This document shows positions 23,101-35,938 of a DNA stretch of 64,000 nt, piece after piece (within the stretch, counting starts at the first letter, position 1; each line of letters opens with the position of its first letter). A program made the translations under genes and the position numbers. This stretch comes from Leucoraja erinacea. Its lineage: Eukaryota. The notes below the pieces were generated by a model. It saw nothing but the letters and a program-made list of their open reading frames with translations, ran no database searches and was not told the origin of the DNA. The stretch spans positions 29,698,001 to 29,762,000 of the forward strand of contig NC_073400.1 of NCBI RefSeq assembly GCF_028641065.1, given 5' to 3'.

Positions 23101-26100
23101 CAATTTTTAGTTTCTTCTGTGTATGTAAGTTAAAATGACATTAAAGTAAATACTGAATACTGAATACCCAGGGCCGGCCTTAAGCCGGTTGGACCGTTTG
23201 CTCCCAATTGGGCCCCGCGAGTAAGGGGGCCCCGCGCCAGTGTAATCTACTCTCGACGGGTAGATCTACCCCGGGTGGAGAGAGAGTAGAGGGGTGGAGG
23301 GGGAAGAAAGGGGTAGACGGGGAGGGGGGTGTGAGGGGGAATGGAGAAGGGGGAGAGGGGGAGGTGGGTCGTTCGCTCACGGCAGCGCTCCTGCCCCTCC
23401 AGTCGCCGTGCTTCACGCACACAGACCCGGTTCCACGCCTCTCTCTCCCCGGGGAGAGGCAGTGAACAATACACGGAGGGCTGGGCCGGGGGTTGGGGCA
23501 TCGTATACAAACATTGGCCTCAACTCACACCTGTCTGCCTGTACCCCGGCATCCCTCTCCCTCCCTTCTCTCCTTCCCTCCCTCCTTCCGCTCTTTTCCT
23601 TTCTCTCATTCGCTCCATCCCGTCTTTCTCGACTTCCCTCCCTCCCTCCCACACACACACACACATGATGCACAGACAACTAACACACACAACTAAGTTA
23701 AGATGGGGTAGAAAGCTTTTCACCCAGAGTTGTGAATCTGTAGAATTCTCTGCCACAGAGGGCAGTGGAGGCCAATTCACTGGATGTATTCAAGAGAGAG
23801 TTAGATTTAGCTCTTAGGGCCAATGGAATCATGGGATCACGGGAGCAAGCAGAACTGGGCAGTGCCGGCTCGAAGGGCCGAATCGTCTCCTCCTGCGCCT
23901 ATTTTCTATGTTTATATGTTTCTATGAATCGTCACCTATCCACTTTCTCCAGAGATAGTTCCTGTCCAGTTTAAGGTTGTGACCTCAATAACGGGTAGGC
24001 CATTGAGGACTCAGATGAAGAAATATCTTTTCACCCAGAGAGTTCCTCTTTCTCCAGAGATAGTTCCTGTCCCATTGTGTTACTCCGGCACTTTGTGTCC
24101 TTTTGTACATTAACCAGCATCTGCAGTTCCTTGTTTCTACTAGTTCAATGGGGAAGTGGGTTGTAGTGAGATTGAACACAGGGTGGGTCAGAGTGAGTGA
24201 CAGGTTGGCTTCCTGTCACATGACCACCACTCAGGTCAAGCCACGCCCACAGGGAAGGAGGATCTGGGCGCCAGGTAGATTCAGAAGCAGTGTTCAAGAA
24301 GGAACTGCAGATGCTGGAAGATAGATATCGCAGTGGAGTAGACAAAGTGTTCAAGAAGGAACTCAGTTCTGCTTTCACTGGAACTTGGGGAACAATCCCG
24401 GTGAAATGGGAATTAACACCAGCGGGAAAAGCATGAAAGTGCAACAGGATCTATGCAAAAGAAGAGAGACACAAAATGCTGGAGTAACTCAGCGGGACGG
24501 GCAGCATCTCTGGAGAGAAGGAAATGGGTGAGGAATCATCACCCGTCGGTTTCTCCAGAGATGCTGCCTGTCCCGCTGAGTTACTCCAGCTCTTTGTGTC
24601 TATCTTTGGTGTAAACCAGCACCTGCAGTTCCTTGCTACACATGATCTATGCGAAACCATGAACCTGTCTGAACAGCACAAATGACATGTTTTTTATTGT
24701 TAAATCTCAGCTTGTGTTGCTGCAGTGTGAGTGATCTTTCATCATTAATGTGCCAACAGGGTCAAGGGGAATAACTGAACCCGAGGAGGTGAGGGGAGAG
24801 TTGGGGCAGTCGGTCACTGTGGAATGTCCGTATGATCGGAAATACAAAGACAAGGACAAGCTATGGAGTAAAGGTGATTCTTACCAGAAATCTTCTACCG
24901 TGGTTTCTACTGATCACCCACGACAAGGGAGAACATCGATGACTGATGACAAAACACAACGGATAGTTTCAGTCACCATCGACAACCTGGAGAAGAGTGA
25001 TGAAGGACTCTACTGGTGTGTGATAGTAAAGAGAAACGATTCACTCATTGAATCGACCTCCATCTCATTGACGGTTTCTGAAGGTAAGTTGACGATCTCT
25101 CCTCACTCTCCCAGATGTGAAAATTCCAGCCTGTGAATTCCCGGCCTCGGTCCTGACGGTGACTCGGTGCCACATCCCCGGGGGTCGCGGTAAGGGGGTT
25201 GGGTGGATAACTCACTTACTGGGGTCCCGGCCCGTGGGGCCACACCAAGAGCTCACTGTCGCTGGAGCAGTGTGTGGGGGGGGGGGGGGGGGGCTGTCAG
25301 ACACCAGCCCCACGGAAGGTCCCATCTACCGGCGGTTCTGTTGCTGACGGCTCATTTCCACGAAGACGATCGCTCCGGGACCAGAACCTCTGCCGCCCCC
25401 TCACTGGGGCAGGTGGTGGGAAACCCGGGTGGAGATAGGAGTCAATGGGGGAGGGGGCAGGTTAGTAGAAGATACTTAAAATTAGAGAACCAACGTTCAA
25501 ACCGTTGGGTTGTAAACTACCTGAGCCCAATATGAGGTGCGGTTTCTCCAATTTGCATGTGGCCTCACTCTGGCAATGGAGGAGGCCCAGGACAGAAAGG
25601 TCAGTGTGGGAATGGGAAGGGACATGGACAGGGTTGGCAACCGGGAGATCAAGAAGGGTCCCGACCCGAAAAGGACACCTATCCATTTTCTCCAGAGATG
25701 CTGCCCGTCCCGCTGAGTTACTCCAGTTCTTTGTGTCTATCTTTGGTGTAAACCAGCACCTGCAGTTCCTTGCTACACATGATCTATGCAAAACCATGAA
25801 CCTGTCTGAACAGCACAAATGACATGTTTTTTTATTGTTAAACCTCAGCTTGTGTTGCTGCAGTGTGAGTGATCTTTCATCATTAATTTGCCCACAGGGT
25901 CAAGCGGAATAACTGGACCCAAGGAGGTGAGTAGAGAGGTGGGGCAGTCGGTCACTGTGGAATGTCGGTATGGTCAGGAATACACTGACAACAAGAAGCT
26001 ATGGAAGAAAGGTTATTTTTACACACTATCTTCTACCGTGGTTTCTACTGATGACCCACAACAAGAGAGAACATCGATGAGTGATAACAAAACACAACAG

Positions 26101-29100
26101 ATAGTTTCAGTCACCATCGACAACCTGGAGAAGAGTGATGAAGGACACTACTGGTGTGTCATAGACGTACGATGGAACTTCAGTGAAAGGACCTCCATCT
26201 CATTGACGGTTTCTGAAGGTACGTTGACGATCTCTCCTCACTCTCCCAGAGGTGAACATTCCAGCCTGGGAATTCCCGGCCTCGGTCGTGAGGGTGACTC
26301 GGTGCCTCATCCCCGGCGCTCGTGCGGGGGGGGGGGGGGGGAGCTCATCAATGGGGACCGGCGGTCCTGCTGCTGACGGCTCATTTCCCCAAACACGATC
26401 GCTCCAGGACCAGAACCTCTGGTGCCCCCTCACTGAGACGTGGGGGGTGGGGGGGAAGAGATCTGCTCCCTCACCCTCTCCCCCTGCCCGTCACTGTGAC
26501 ACCCACCACACACACAACATCTGAAGAAGGGTCCCAACCTTAAACATTGTCAGTTCATTCCTTCCACAGATGCTGCCTGACCTGCTGAGTTACTCCAGCA
26601 CTTTGTGTTTTGCTCAAGATTCCAGCACCTGCAATTCCTTGTGTCTCACAAACTTTGGTGAATCATGAGCTCAGTTTATTGTAGTCGTCTGTACTGAGGT
26701 ACAGGGAAAAGCTTTTACCATGTTTCCAATGATGGCCAAGTCATTGGGTATTTTCAGGTGGAGATTGACAGGTTCTCCATTAGTACGGGTGTCAAGTGAT
26801 ATGGGGAGAAGGAAGAGAATGGGGTTGAGAGGGAGAGATAGATCAGCCATGATTGAAAGGTGGAATAGACTCAATGGGCCAAATGGCCTCAATCTGCCCC
26901 TATCACTTATGAACTAATGAACTTAGAATCCTCATGAGATGAGTGATATCGACTTTACACTGAGTCACACAAACTGTACAAGATGAGATACTCAACGGAT
27001 CGGGCAGCTTCTGTGGAGAGAGAACGAGAGTTGATGTTTCAGGTAGATACCCCCAACCAAATTGCATTATTTCCAATTCAGTCCGCGTAATGAAAATAGT
27101 CCATGGATCCTCCCGCTCCCAAGTTCTTCTCCAATGTAGAAGACATGGGCCTAACTCTAGCAGCAGGCAGATAACACAACCTGTGGGACTATGAAGGGCA
27201 TGAAAGAAGTCTCTGAATGCTTGCGACCATCTGGTGGCATCTTAATGGGTGAGCCTCCGGTCTAGATCAAGAGGCTTGGTCCATCTATGGTGGCCTCAGA
27301 AGGATCTTTGCTCAAATGTATGGATTGGGATTTGAATCCAGGAGTCTCCCCACACAGAGCAAGAGCGCTCCCGACTGAATCATCTCCCACACATCACTAA
27401 AGTGGCACAGAACGTGCTTTCACACATTTAATGTTCAAAAACGTCATTCACTTTATCTCCACAAGGATCTCAAACAAGCCACCCAGACATGGTCACCACC
27501 ACCTCTGCAACAATAAACAGAAGGGCTCGGACCACCCGGCCTCAAGATGCACCAACCACCCGGACGGCAAGTTCCACTGAGTCTCATGGTTCAACACTTC
27601 CAAACAGGTTAGTAACTCGAAGAACCAACTCAGCCTCACCTGAGAACAAATTAGTTCAGTTCAATTCAGCTCAGTTTAAAGATACAGCGTGGAAATGGAC
27701 CCCTTGGCCCACCGAGTCCGCTCTGAGCAGCGATCACCCCATACACCAGTTCTGTTCTACACACTAGGGGCAACTTACTACAAACCCGCACGTCTTTGGA
27801 ATGTGGGAGGAAACTGGAGAACCCTGAGTAAACTCTTGCGATCACAGGGAGAACGTACAGACTCTGCACTGACAGCACCGGTATCAGGTTCGACCCCGCG
27901 TCTACTGTGCTGTGAGGCAGCAACTCTACCGCTGATCTGACATCTCAATGGGCGAGCCTCATGTCTACATCAAGCGGCTTGGTCCATCTATGGTGGCCTA
28001 GGAAGGATCCTTGCTCAAATATCTGGATTGGGATTCGAATCAAGAATCTCCCCACACAGAGCAAGATCGCCCCCAACTGAAGCATCTCCCACACGTCACT
28101 AAAGTGGCACAGAACGTGATTATAAACATTTAATGTTCAAAGACTTCATTCACTTTATCTTCACAAGGGTCTCAAACATATCACCCAGATATCCTCATCA
28201 CTTTGGTGCGTGTGTGTGTGTGTGTGGGGGGGGTTGCACGGTGGCGCAGCGGTAGAGTTGCTGCCTTACAACGCATGTAGCGCTGGAGACCCAGGTTCGA
28301 TCCCGACTACAGGTGCTGCCTGTATGGGGTTTGTACGTTATCCCCACGACCGCATGGGTTTTCTCTGAGATCTTTGATTTCTTCCAACACTCTAAAGACA
28401 TACAAGTATGTAAGTAGATTGGCTTGGCGTATGTGTCAATTGCCCCTAGTGTGTGTAGCCTAGTGTTAGTGTGCGAGGAGCGCTGGTCGGTGTGGACTCC
28501 ATGGGCCGTCGGGCCTGTTTCCGCGCTATATCTCAAAATTAAACTAAACTGGATTAAAATATGGTCACCACCACCTCAGGAACCACCACACCCACTCTGC
28601 CTCCGGAAGCATCGACCACCAGGGACTCCTGGTTCATCGCCTCGACACAGGTCAGTGACTCAAAGTCCCAGTACTTTGAGAAAGCGTGGCTGATCACATT
28701 CCAGTCCATTGATAAATACTCCTTGGCCCTGACTAAAGTCCCTCTGTCCTTAGTACACCCAGTGGCCCTACCATTGTGAATGTCTACCCTTACATGATGC
28801 CAAAAACAAATAACGTCACACTTATCACGGTTCAATACCTGCTGGCATTGCTCTGCCCAACATACCAGTTGCTTCTTATCCCTCTGTGGTCTATGATTAT
28901 CGTACTATCCAAAATGATACAATGTTGGTGTAATCTGTAAACTCGTAAATCATACTTCCAACATTAACATCTAAGGCTGGCAGATGGGACTAGTGTAGAT
29001 AAGGACATAATGGTCGGCAATGGGGAAATTGGGTCAAAGGACATGTTTTCGTGCTCTATGTCTGACCATCAAAATGAACATCTAAGTTGTTAATGCATGT

Positions 29101-30795
29101 AGTCATGGAACACCTCTAAGGAATGGGTGCATGTTGCGATATCAACATCTCACCAATGTCCACGCCAAAACCTTGGAGCACACTGAATGATTCCGTGTGC
29201 AATATGATGAAAGAAAATTGCCAGCGTTGATCTGTGGTAACTCTGTGTGGAAGTAATAATATTTCCTTGGATTTCCAGGGACACCATGCTGAACATCGTT
29301 TGCCGTGTTTGGGGTGTGTTACGCTGGGTACTCTTTGGAATTCTGCTTCTCTTCCCGGTTTCCATCAGCTGTGTGACAACTTTGAAAAGGTGAAAGTTTG
29401 CAATCTCTTCACTCTGATGTTCACATTAAATTCAACTGGAAATGATGGGAATTTACTTTCGATTTGTAGAGATAAACTGTGGACATACAGTGCCCTCCAT
29501 AATGTTTGGGACAAAGACCCTTCATTTATTTATTTGCCTCTGTATTCCACAATTTGAGATTTGTAGTTGAAAAAATCACATGTGGTTAAAGTGCACATTG
29601 TCAGATTTTATTAAAGGGTATACAGCCAATCAAGTCCGCGCCGACCAATGATCACCCCGTACACGCGCACTATCCCACACACGAGGGACAATTTACAGTT
29701 ATACAGAGGCCAATTAACCTACAAAACTACACGTCTTTGGATTGTGGTAAGAAACCGGAGCACCCGGATAAAACCCACGCTGTCACAGGCAGAACATACA
29801 AACTCCGTACAGACAGCACCCGTAGTCATGATCAAACCCGGGTCTCTGGCGCTGTAAGGCAGCAACTCTACCGCTGCGCCACTGTGCCGCCCTGGGTCAT
29901 TTCCTCAGGTAAAATTTGATGGTGGAGATTATAAACTGTGTTTTAATTGTTATTCAAGGAAAAAAACAGCCAAGACCTTGGAGATGGGGTCGGCAGTGGT
30001 GGAGGAAGGAGAGGAACAGCGCCGGTGAGCTGGCTGGGTGAGGCCTCACCTCGCATGGAGACGGCCATGGGAGGCGAGGGGAAAAGGGTGCGTTGGTGGG
30101 TCGAGGTGTGGGCGGAGTGCGAGTGGGCTGCTGGAGGCCCTGCAGCAGCCGGTGGATCGGGTGCCGCTGGAGGCCCCACAGAGGTCGGGGACGTGCGCAC
30201 GGATCGGACACGGCCTGCAGCGGCACGGAGCGGTGGTGGAGGCACCGACAACATCGCCAGGCCAGGCCGACCCCTGCAACTCCCACCCAGTGCCGTCTCC
30301 ATGACAACGGGCCTTTAAGCCCAAAATAAGACAATACTTTTTTACCAATTTGATCTATAAGAATATAAAATACTGCCAGAAATGTGGCAACTCTTGTGTA
30401 CTGTATCATATAATCTGCCATTAATACTCTTGTTCTTAGCTTCAGCTGTGCTTATATCAAGTAAGATTTTTACTGAATTCTATAGAAAAGAAATGTCACA
30501 GTACGCATGTGCATGAGACAATAAAGTACCATTGAACCATTGAACAATGGGGATATAAAAACGGTTAAATGATTACAAGTATTGAACTGTGGACACGCGT
30601 TAGAAGAATAAGATAAAAATGAAGGGTAATCGTTATATCAATATTGTTATTCTGACAGAATGACGCCCAATAATCATCGTTTAGCTTTTCAGGGCCAGAG
30701 AGGGTGTTCACCAGTTGGAGATGTACAAATCTCATCACCTTGACCCTACAGCATCACCACACCACACCTATGTCCAATCTACCTTGACCACTTGA
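20077..30795 (+). CDS. Gene B: CD300/pIgR-like 2-Ig-V receptor, join(20077-20173,24760-25083,25898-26218,27466-27607,29279-29389,30693-30795), 365 aa; or 332 aa with TM read-through stop at 29391-29393
   Basis: Paralogous exons with intact splice sites and open frames. Confidence 0.8.
21448..22372 (+). mobile_element. Unit-B-specific non-autonomous retroposon with L2-like 3' end
   Basis: 8-bp TSD ATAGAGTG (21440-21447, 22373-22380). Ends TATAAATAAAG(ATT)n. Absent at the orthologous sites near 2912 and 57353. Confidence 0.8.
22502..23167 (+). mobile_element. Rex-Babar-like LINE 3' fragment with intact 3' tail (unit B copy)
   Basis: Same peptide as the unit A copy, ending in ATTAAAGTAAA(TACTGAA)n. 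Confidence 0.72.
23169..23690 (+). mobile_element. GC-rich putative hAT-type non-autonomous element (partly deleted in units A and C)
   Basis: Begins CAGGGCCGGCCTTAAG, a TIR-like start common to vertebrate hAT MITEs. The other end was not identified. Confidence 0.4.
24760..25083 (+). CDS. Gene B Ig V exon B1
   Basis: AACAG|GG ... GAAG|GTAAGT, 324 nt, DEGLYWC motif. Confidence 0.93.
25898..26218 (+). CDS. Gene B Ig V exon B2
   Basis: CACAG|GG ... GAAG|GTACGT, 321 nt, DEGHYWC motif, distinct FG loop IDVRWNFSE. Confidence 0.92.
27466..27607 (+). CDS. Gene B mucin stalk exon (GSQTSHPDMVTTTSATINRRARTTRPQDAPTTRTASSTESHGSTLPN)
   Basis: Paralogue of 10277-10433, 15 nt shorter in frame, same splice sites. 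Confidence 0.85.
28168..28650 (+). pseudogene. SINE-disrupted second stalk exon (gene B)
   Basis: Paralogous to 10994-11479. Confidence 0.7.
29279..29393 (+). CDS. Gene B TM exon RDTMLNIVCRVWGVLRWVLFGILLLFPVSISCVTTLKR(*)
   Basis: Paralogue of 12104-12215 with an in-frame 3-nt indel. TM segment identical. Confidence 0.85.
30693..30795 (+). CDS. Gene B putative terminal cytoplasmic exon
   Basis: Matches 13515-13617. Confidence 0.5.
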
Positions 30796-33700
30796 GGAGG
30801 AATTTCTTTAGCCAGAGGGTGATGAACCTGTGGAATTCATTGCCACAGGCGGCTGTAGAGGTCAAGTCAATGGATATTTTTAAATTGGAGATTGACAGGT
30901 TCACTCAGGGTGACAAAAGTTGTGGGAAGAAGGCAGGAGAATGGGATGGAGTGGGAAAGATAGATCATCCATGATTGAATGGCGGAGTAGACTCGATGGT
31001 GCAAATGGCCGAATTCTGTACCTATGTTTGCAGACACGTCTGTACATCCTGACATTCACCCAAAAGACAGCAGAACATAGACTAGAACTCAAAGCTGGCT
31101 TTCCAGAATGTGAACTTTTAACTTTACTACCAATTGAATTGCTGTGTGAAACCCTGCACATTGAATAATGATTAAAATAATCCAATGTAATAAAAGATGG
31201 CTGAATTTTTGTCATAAAGTCATAAGTGATAAGAGTAGAATTAGTTTGGTTTAGAGATAGCGCATGGAAACAGGCCCATTGATCCACCGAGTCCATGCCG
31301 ACCACTGATCACCTGTACACACTATGTTTAAGAAGGAACAGCAGATGCTGGAAAAGCGAAGGTAGACAAAAACGCTGAGTTTCTCCAGCATTGTTGTCTA
31401 CCTGTACACACGCTAATTCTGTTATCCCACTTTCTCATCCATTCCCTACAGATTTGCGACAATCTTGCAGAGGTATTTAACCTACAAACTCGCATGGATT
31501 AGGGATGTGGGAGGAAGCCGGGAGCACCTGGAGGAAACCCATGAGGTCACAGGTAGAACATTCAAACTCCACACAGACAGCACCCGTAGAGAGGATCGAA
31601 CCCGGGTCTCTGGCGCTGTGAGGCAGCAGCAAACCGCTGCACCACCGTGCTGCTCCGAAGAGAGAGAGCAGGCTTGTGAGAGCAGACAGCAGAGCAGCAG
31701 GCCAGCTAAATGCCTCATCAGAGTGACAGCACCTCCAGCAACTTTAGACACAGTGCTTAGAACAAACGGAATCAAGGGATATGGGGAGAGAGCAGGAACT
31801 GGGTACTGATTTATGTTGATCTGCCACTATCATATTGAATGGCGGTGCTGGTTCGAAGGGCCGAATGGCCTACTCCAGCACCTATTTTCTATGCTTCTAT
31901 GTTTCCATAGCAGAGCTCCCTCAGTACAACTCTCACTCCGTGCTCGGCATTCTGGAGTGGGAACTGAACCAACATCTCTCTAACTCACTCAATAGTTTTC
32001 ACCCACTGAGTTTGCACTGCAGGACCCAACACTGGGCCTTGGTGTGGCTCGGTTAGCGTGGTAAAGTCACACAGGACTCCTGCTAGAAACAGCGTGGGAA
32101 ATGTTGAACCTAGACCACAGGTCTCACATTGAAAAACCATGTGAAACCCAACCCATTCTGAAAGTCTCAATGACTTCATTTTTGCATTCAAGGAATCTAT
32201 GGCAACCTCTTTAGTTTAGCCAATTATAGTCACGTGTACCGAGGTGCAGTGAAAAGCTTTTCCGTGTGTATGCTATCCAGTCAGTGAAAACACTGTATAT
32301 GATTACAATCGAGCCGTCCACAGGTACAGGATAAAGGGAATAATGTTCAATGCAAGATACAGTCTAGTAAAATCCGATTAAAGATAGTTCCAAGGTCTCG
32401 AATGAGGTAGTTGGGAGGTCAGGACCACTCTGAAGGGTCCCATCGAGAAATGTTACCCATCCTTTTTGTCCAGAGAAGCTGTTTGACTCGCTGAGATGCT
32501 CCAACACTTTGTGCCTATCTGTGGTATAAACCAGCATCTGAAGTTCCTTGTTTCTACATTCCGCCCTTGTAGACTTGTGTGCATCTAATCTGGACACAAC
32601 AAGTTCCCTTTAAAAAACAACAACTATCCTACAGATTACTTTGGTGTCCTTGGTTGATGGGATACCACTTGCCCCAGAACAAGGAGATCCTCCACTATTC
32701 TGGTGCGAACCATTACAAAATGCTCTGTTCTTTAGAATTATTTACTCAGCGCCTTGAATTATGTTTAGCCACGGGCCTCATTGTACTGGGTGATGTGCTA
32801 ATGATAAACTGCTCAACACTCCATCGTTCCATCAACGGTTGTCGTCGTGTTGTGTGCAACCAAATTGCACACAGCTAGCTCCCTGTAGAGAAGGGAGATA
32901 ACTACCTACAGCTTGCCTTGTTGATCTTGGTTTGTAGGGAGAACTCTTGCCCCCAGAACAAGGAGTCTCCCCACTATTCTGGTGCGAACTATCTCCAGGT
33001 GACCTTTCTCAGTGACTTGAGACAGAGCAGACAGCAGATCAGCTAAATGCCTCGGCAAAGTGACTTCACCTCCAGCAGTGGCGAGCTCCCTCAGTACTGC
33101 ACTCCCTCAGTCCTCGGGCTTCAGGAGTGGGAGTTGAACCAACAACTCTCTGACTCAGATTTTTTTTTAAATTTCAAAATATACTTTATTCAAAAAATAA
33201 ATATATGCAATACATGATCCTTACAAAACTCCATTCAACATTCTCGGTTGCTATGCGTACATGCAATACTGTTTACACAAATTAACCCCACACCTCGCCA
33301 CTCGTGGACCACTGGCATGGGATACCTTCCCTTATTTTGAGGTGCATCTCCACCACACCCTGCCACAAGCTGACCTTTCGCTAGATGTCTACACTGGCCC
33401 ATGGTGTGGCTCAGTTAGCCTGTGAAAGTCACCCAAGCCACCCTCGAGAGAGAGGGTGATGAATCTGTGCCCTAGCCTCAGAATAAAAGGACATTCTTTG
33501 AGAAAGGAGATGAGAAGGAATGTCTTTAGTCAGAGGGTGGTGAATCTGTGGAAATCATTGCGATAGAAGGATGTGGAGGTCAAGTCTATGGATATTTTGA
33601 AGGCAGAGATTGATAGATTCTAGATTAGTACGGGTGTCAGGGGTTACGGGGAGAAGGCAGGAGAATGGGGTCAAGAGGGAAAGATAGATGGGCCGAATGT

Positions 33701-33979
33701 CCTAATTCTGCTCTTATAACTTATGAAAATGACCTGGATTGATCTGCTCATCTATATTCACACAGAGGTTCCTTGATCGTCAGTGGGGAGGGTGTGCTGC
33801 CTGTCCTATACCACTGTAGGACATAGGCTATTCGGTCCGTCAAGTCTACTCCGCCATTCAATCATGGCCGATCCATCTCTCCCTCCTAACCCAATTTTCC
33901 TGCCTCTCCCCGTAACCTCTGACACCTGTACTAATTAAATTCAGACTAATTAATCCAAAAGAATCCATCTATCCACCGA

Positions 33980-35030
33980 TAAAGGTGAATTTATTATGGG
34001 GAACAAGGAAATGGCAGAAGAGATGAACAGATACATTGGATCTGTCTTCACTAAGGAGGACACAAACAATCTTCATGATATAGAAGTGGCCAGAGGATCT
34101 GGGGGTGACAGAGGAACTGAAGGAAATCCACAATAGGCAGGAAATGGTGTTGGATAGACTGATGGGACTGAAGGCTGCTAAATCCCCAGGGCCTGATGGT
34201 CTGCATCCCAGGGTACTTAAGGAAGTGACTCTAGAAATCTTGGATGCATTGGTGATAATTTTCTATAGACTCAGGATCCGTTCCTGTGGATTGGAGGGTA
34301 GCTAATGTTATCACCCTTTTTAAGAAAGGCGGGAGAGAGAAAACGGGGAATTATAGACCAGTTAGCCTGACATCGGTGTTGGGGAAGATGCTGGAGTCAA
34401 TTATAAAAGATGAAATAGCCGAACATTTGGATAGCAGTAACAGGATGCTGGTACAGCAGGCAGGGAAGAAAGCGAATGGCATGTTGGCCTTTATAACAAG
34501 AGGAATCGAAAATAGGAGGAAAGAGGTCCTTCTGCAGTTGTACAGAGCCCTAGTGAGACCAGACCTGGAGTATTATGTGCAGCTTTGGTCCCCTAATTTG
34601 AGGAAGAGCATTCTTGCTATTGAGGGAGTGCAGCGTAGGTTTACAAGGTTAATTCCTGGGATGGCGGGACTGTCATATGCTGAGACAACGGAGCAGCCGG
34701 GCTTGTACACTCTGGAGTTTAGAAGGTTGAGAGGAGATCACATTGAAACATATGATTGTTAAGGGCTTGGACACGTTAGAGGCAGGAAACATGTTCCCGA
34801 TGTTGGGGGAGTCCGGAACCAGGGGCCATAATTCAAGAATAAGGAGTAAGCCATTTAGAACGGAGACGAGGAAACACTTTTTGTCACAGAGAGTGGTGAG
34901 TCTGTGGAATTCTCTGCCGCACGGGGCGGTGGATGCAGGTTCTCTGGATGCTTTCAAGAGAGAGCTAGATAGGGCTCTTAAACATAGTGGAGTTAGGGGA
35001 TATGGGGAGAAGGCAGGAACGGGGTACTGA
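33980..35030 (+). mobile_element. Degenerate internally deleted CR1 LINE
   Basis: DWRVANVITLFKKGGREKTGNYRPVSLTS and RT C-terminal peptides, with frameshifts. Confidence 0.85.
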
Positions 35031-35032
35031 TT

Positions 35033-35706
35033 ACATAGAAACATAGAAATTAGGTGCAGGAGTAGGCCATTCGGCCCTTCGAGCCTGCACCGCCATTCAA
35101 TATGATCATGGCTGATCATCCAACTCAGTATCCCGTATCTGCCTTCTCTCCATACCCCCTGATCCCCTTAGCCACAAGGGCCACATCTAACTCCCTCTTA
35201 AATATAGCCAATGAACTGGCCTCAACTACCCTCTGTGGCAGAGAGTTCCAGAGATTCACCACTCTCTGTGTGAAAAAATTTCTTCTCATCTCGGTTTTAA
35301 AGGATTTTCCCCCTTATCCTTAAGCTGTGACCCCTTGTCCTGGACTTCCCTAACATCGGGAACAATCTTCCTGCATCTAGCCTGTCCAACCCCTTAAGAA
35401 TTTTGTAAGTTTCTATAAGATCCCCTCTCAATCTCCTAAATTCTAGAGAGTATAAACCAAGTCTATCCAGTCTTTCTTCATAAGACAGTCCTGACATCCC
35501 AGGAATCAGTCTGGTGAACCGTCTCTGCACTCCCTCTATGGCAATAATGTCCTTCCTCAGATTTGGAGACCAAAACTGTACACAATACTCCAGGTGTGGT
35601 CTCACCAAGACCCTGTACAACTGCACTAGAACCTCCCTGCTCCTATACTCAAATCCTTTTGCAATGAAAGCTAACATACCATTCGCTGCAATGAAAGCTA
35701 ACATAC
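35033..35706 (-). mobile_element. Young 5'-truncated CR1 LINE
   Basis: Minus-strand ORF GMLAFIAKGFEYRSREVL...; (ACATAGAA)n tail at 35033. Nearly identical to the 3' part of the element at 57672. Confidence 0.88.
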
Positions 35707-35938
35707 CATACCATTGGTTAGATATACAGCATGGAAACAGACCCTTCGGCCCACCAAGTCCATGCTGACCATCGATCACCCGTTCACACTAGTCCCACGT
35801 TACACCACGTTTGCATGCACTCCCTACACATTGAGTGCAATTCGACAAGAGGGCCAATTAACCTACAGAGCCACACGTCTTTGGGATGTGGGAGGAAGCC
35901 GGTGCACCCAGAGGAGACCCACGCTGTCACAAGATCTG

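Larger units (their letters stand above)
18728..35030 (+). repeat. Segmental duplication unit B
   Basis: Colinear with unit A (3' half offset 17178) up to about 34420. Confidence 0.88.
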
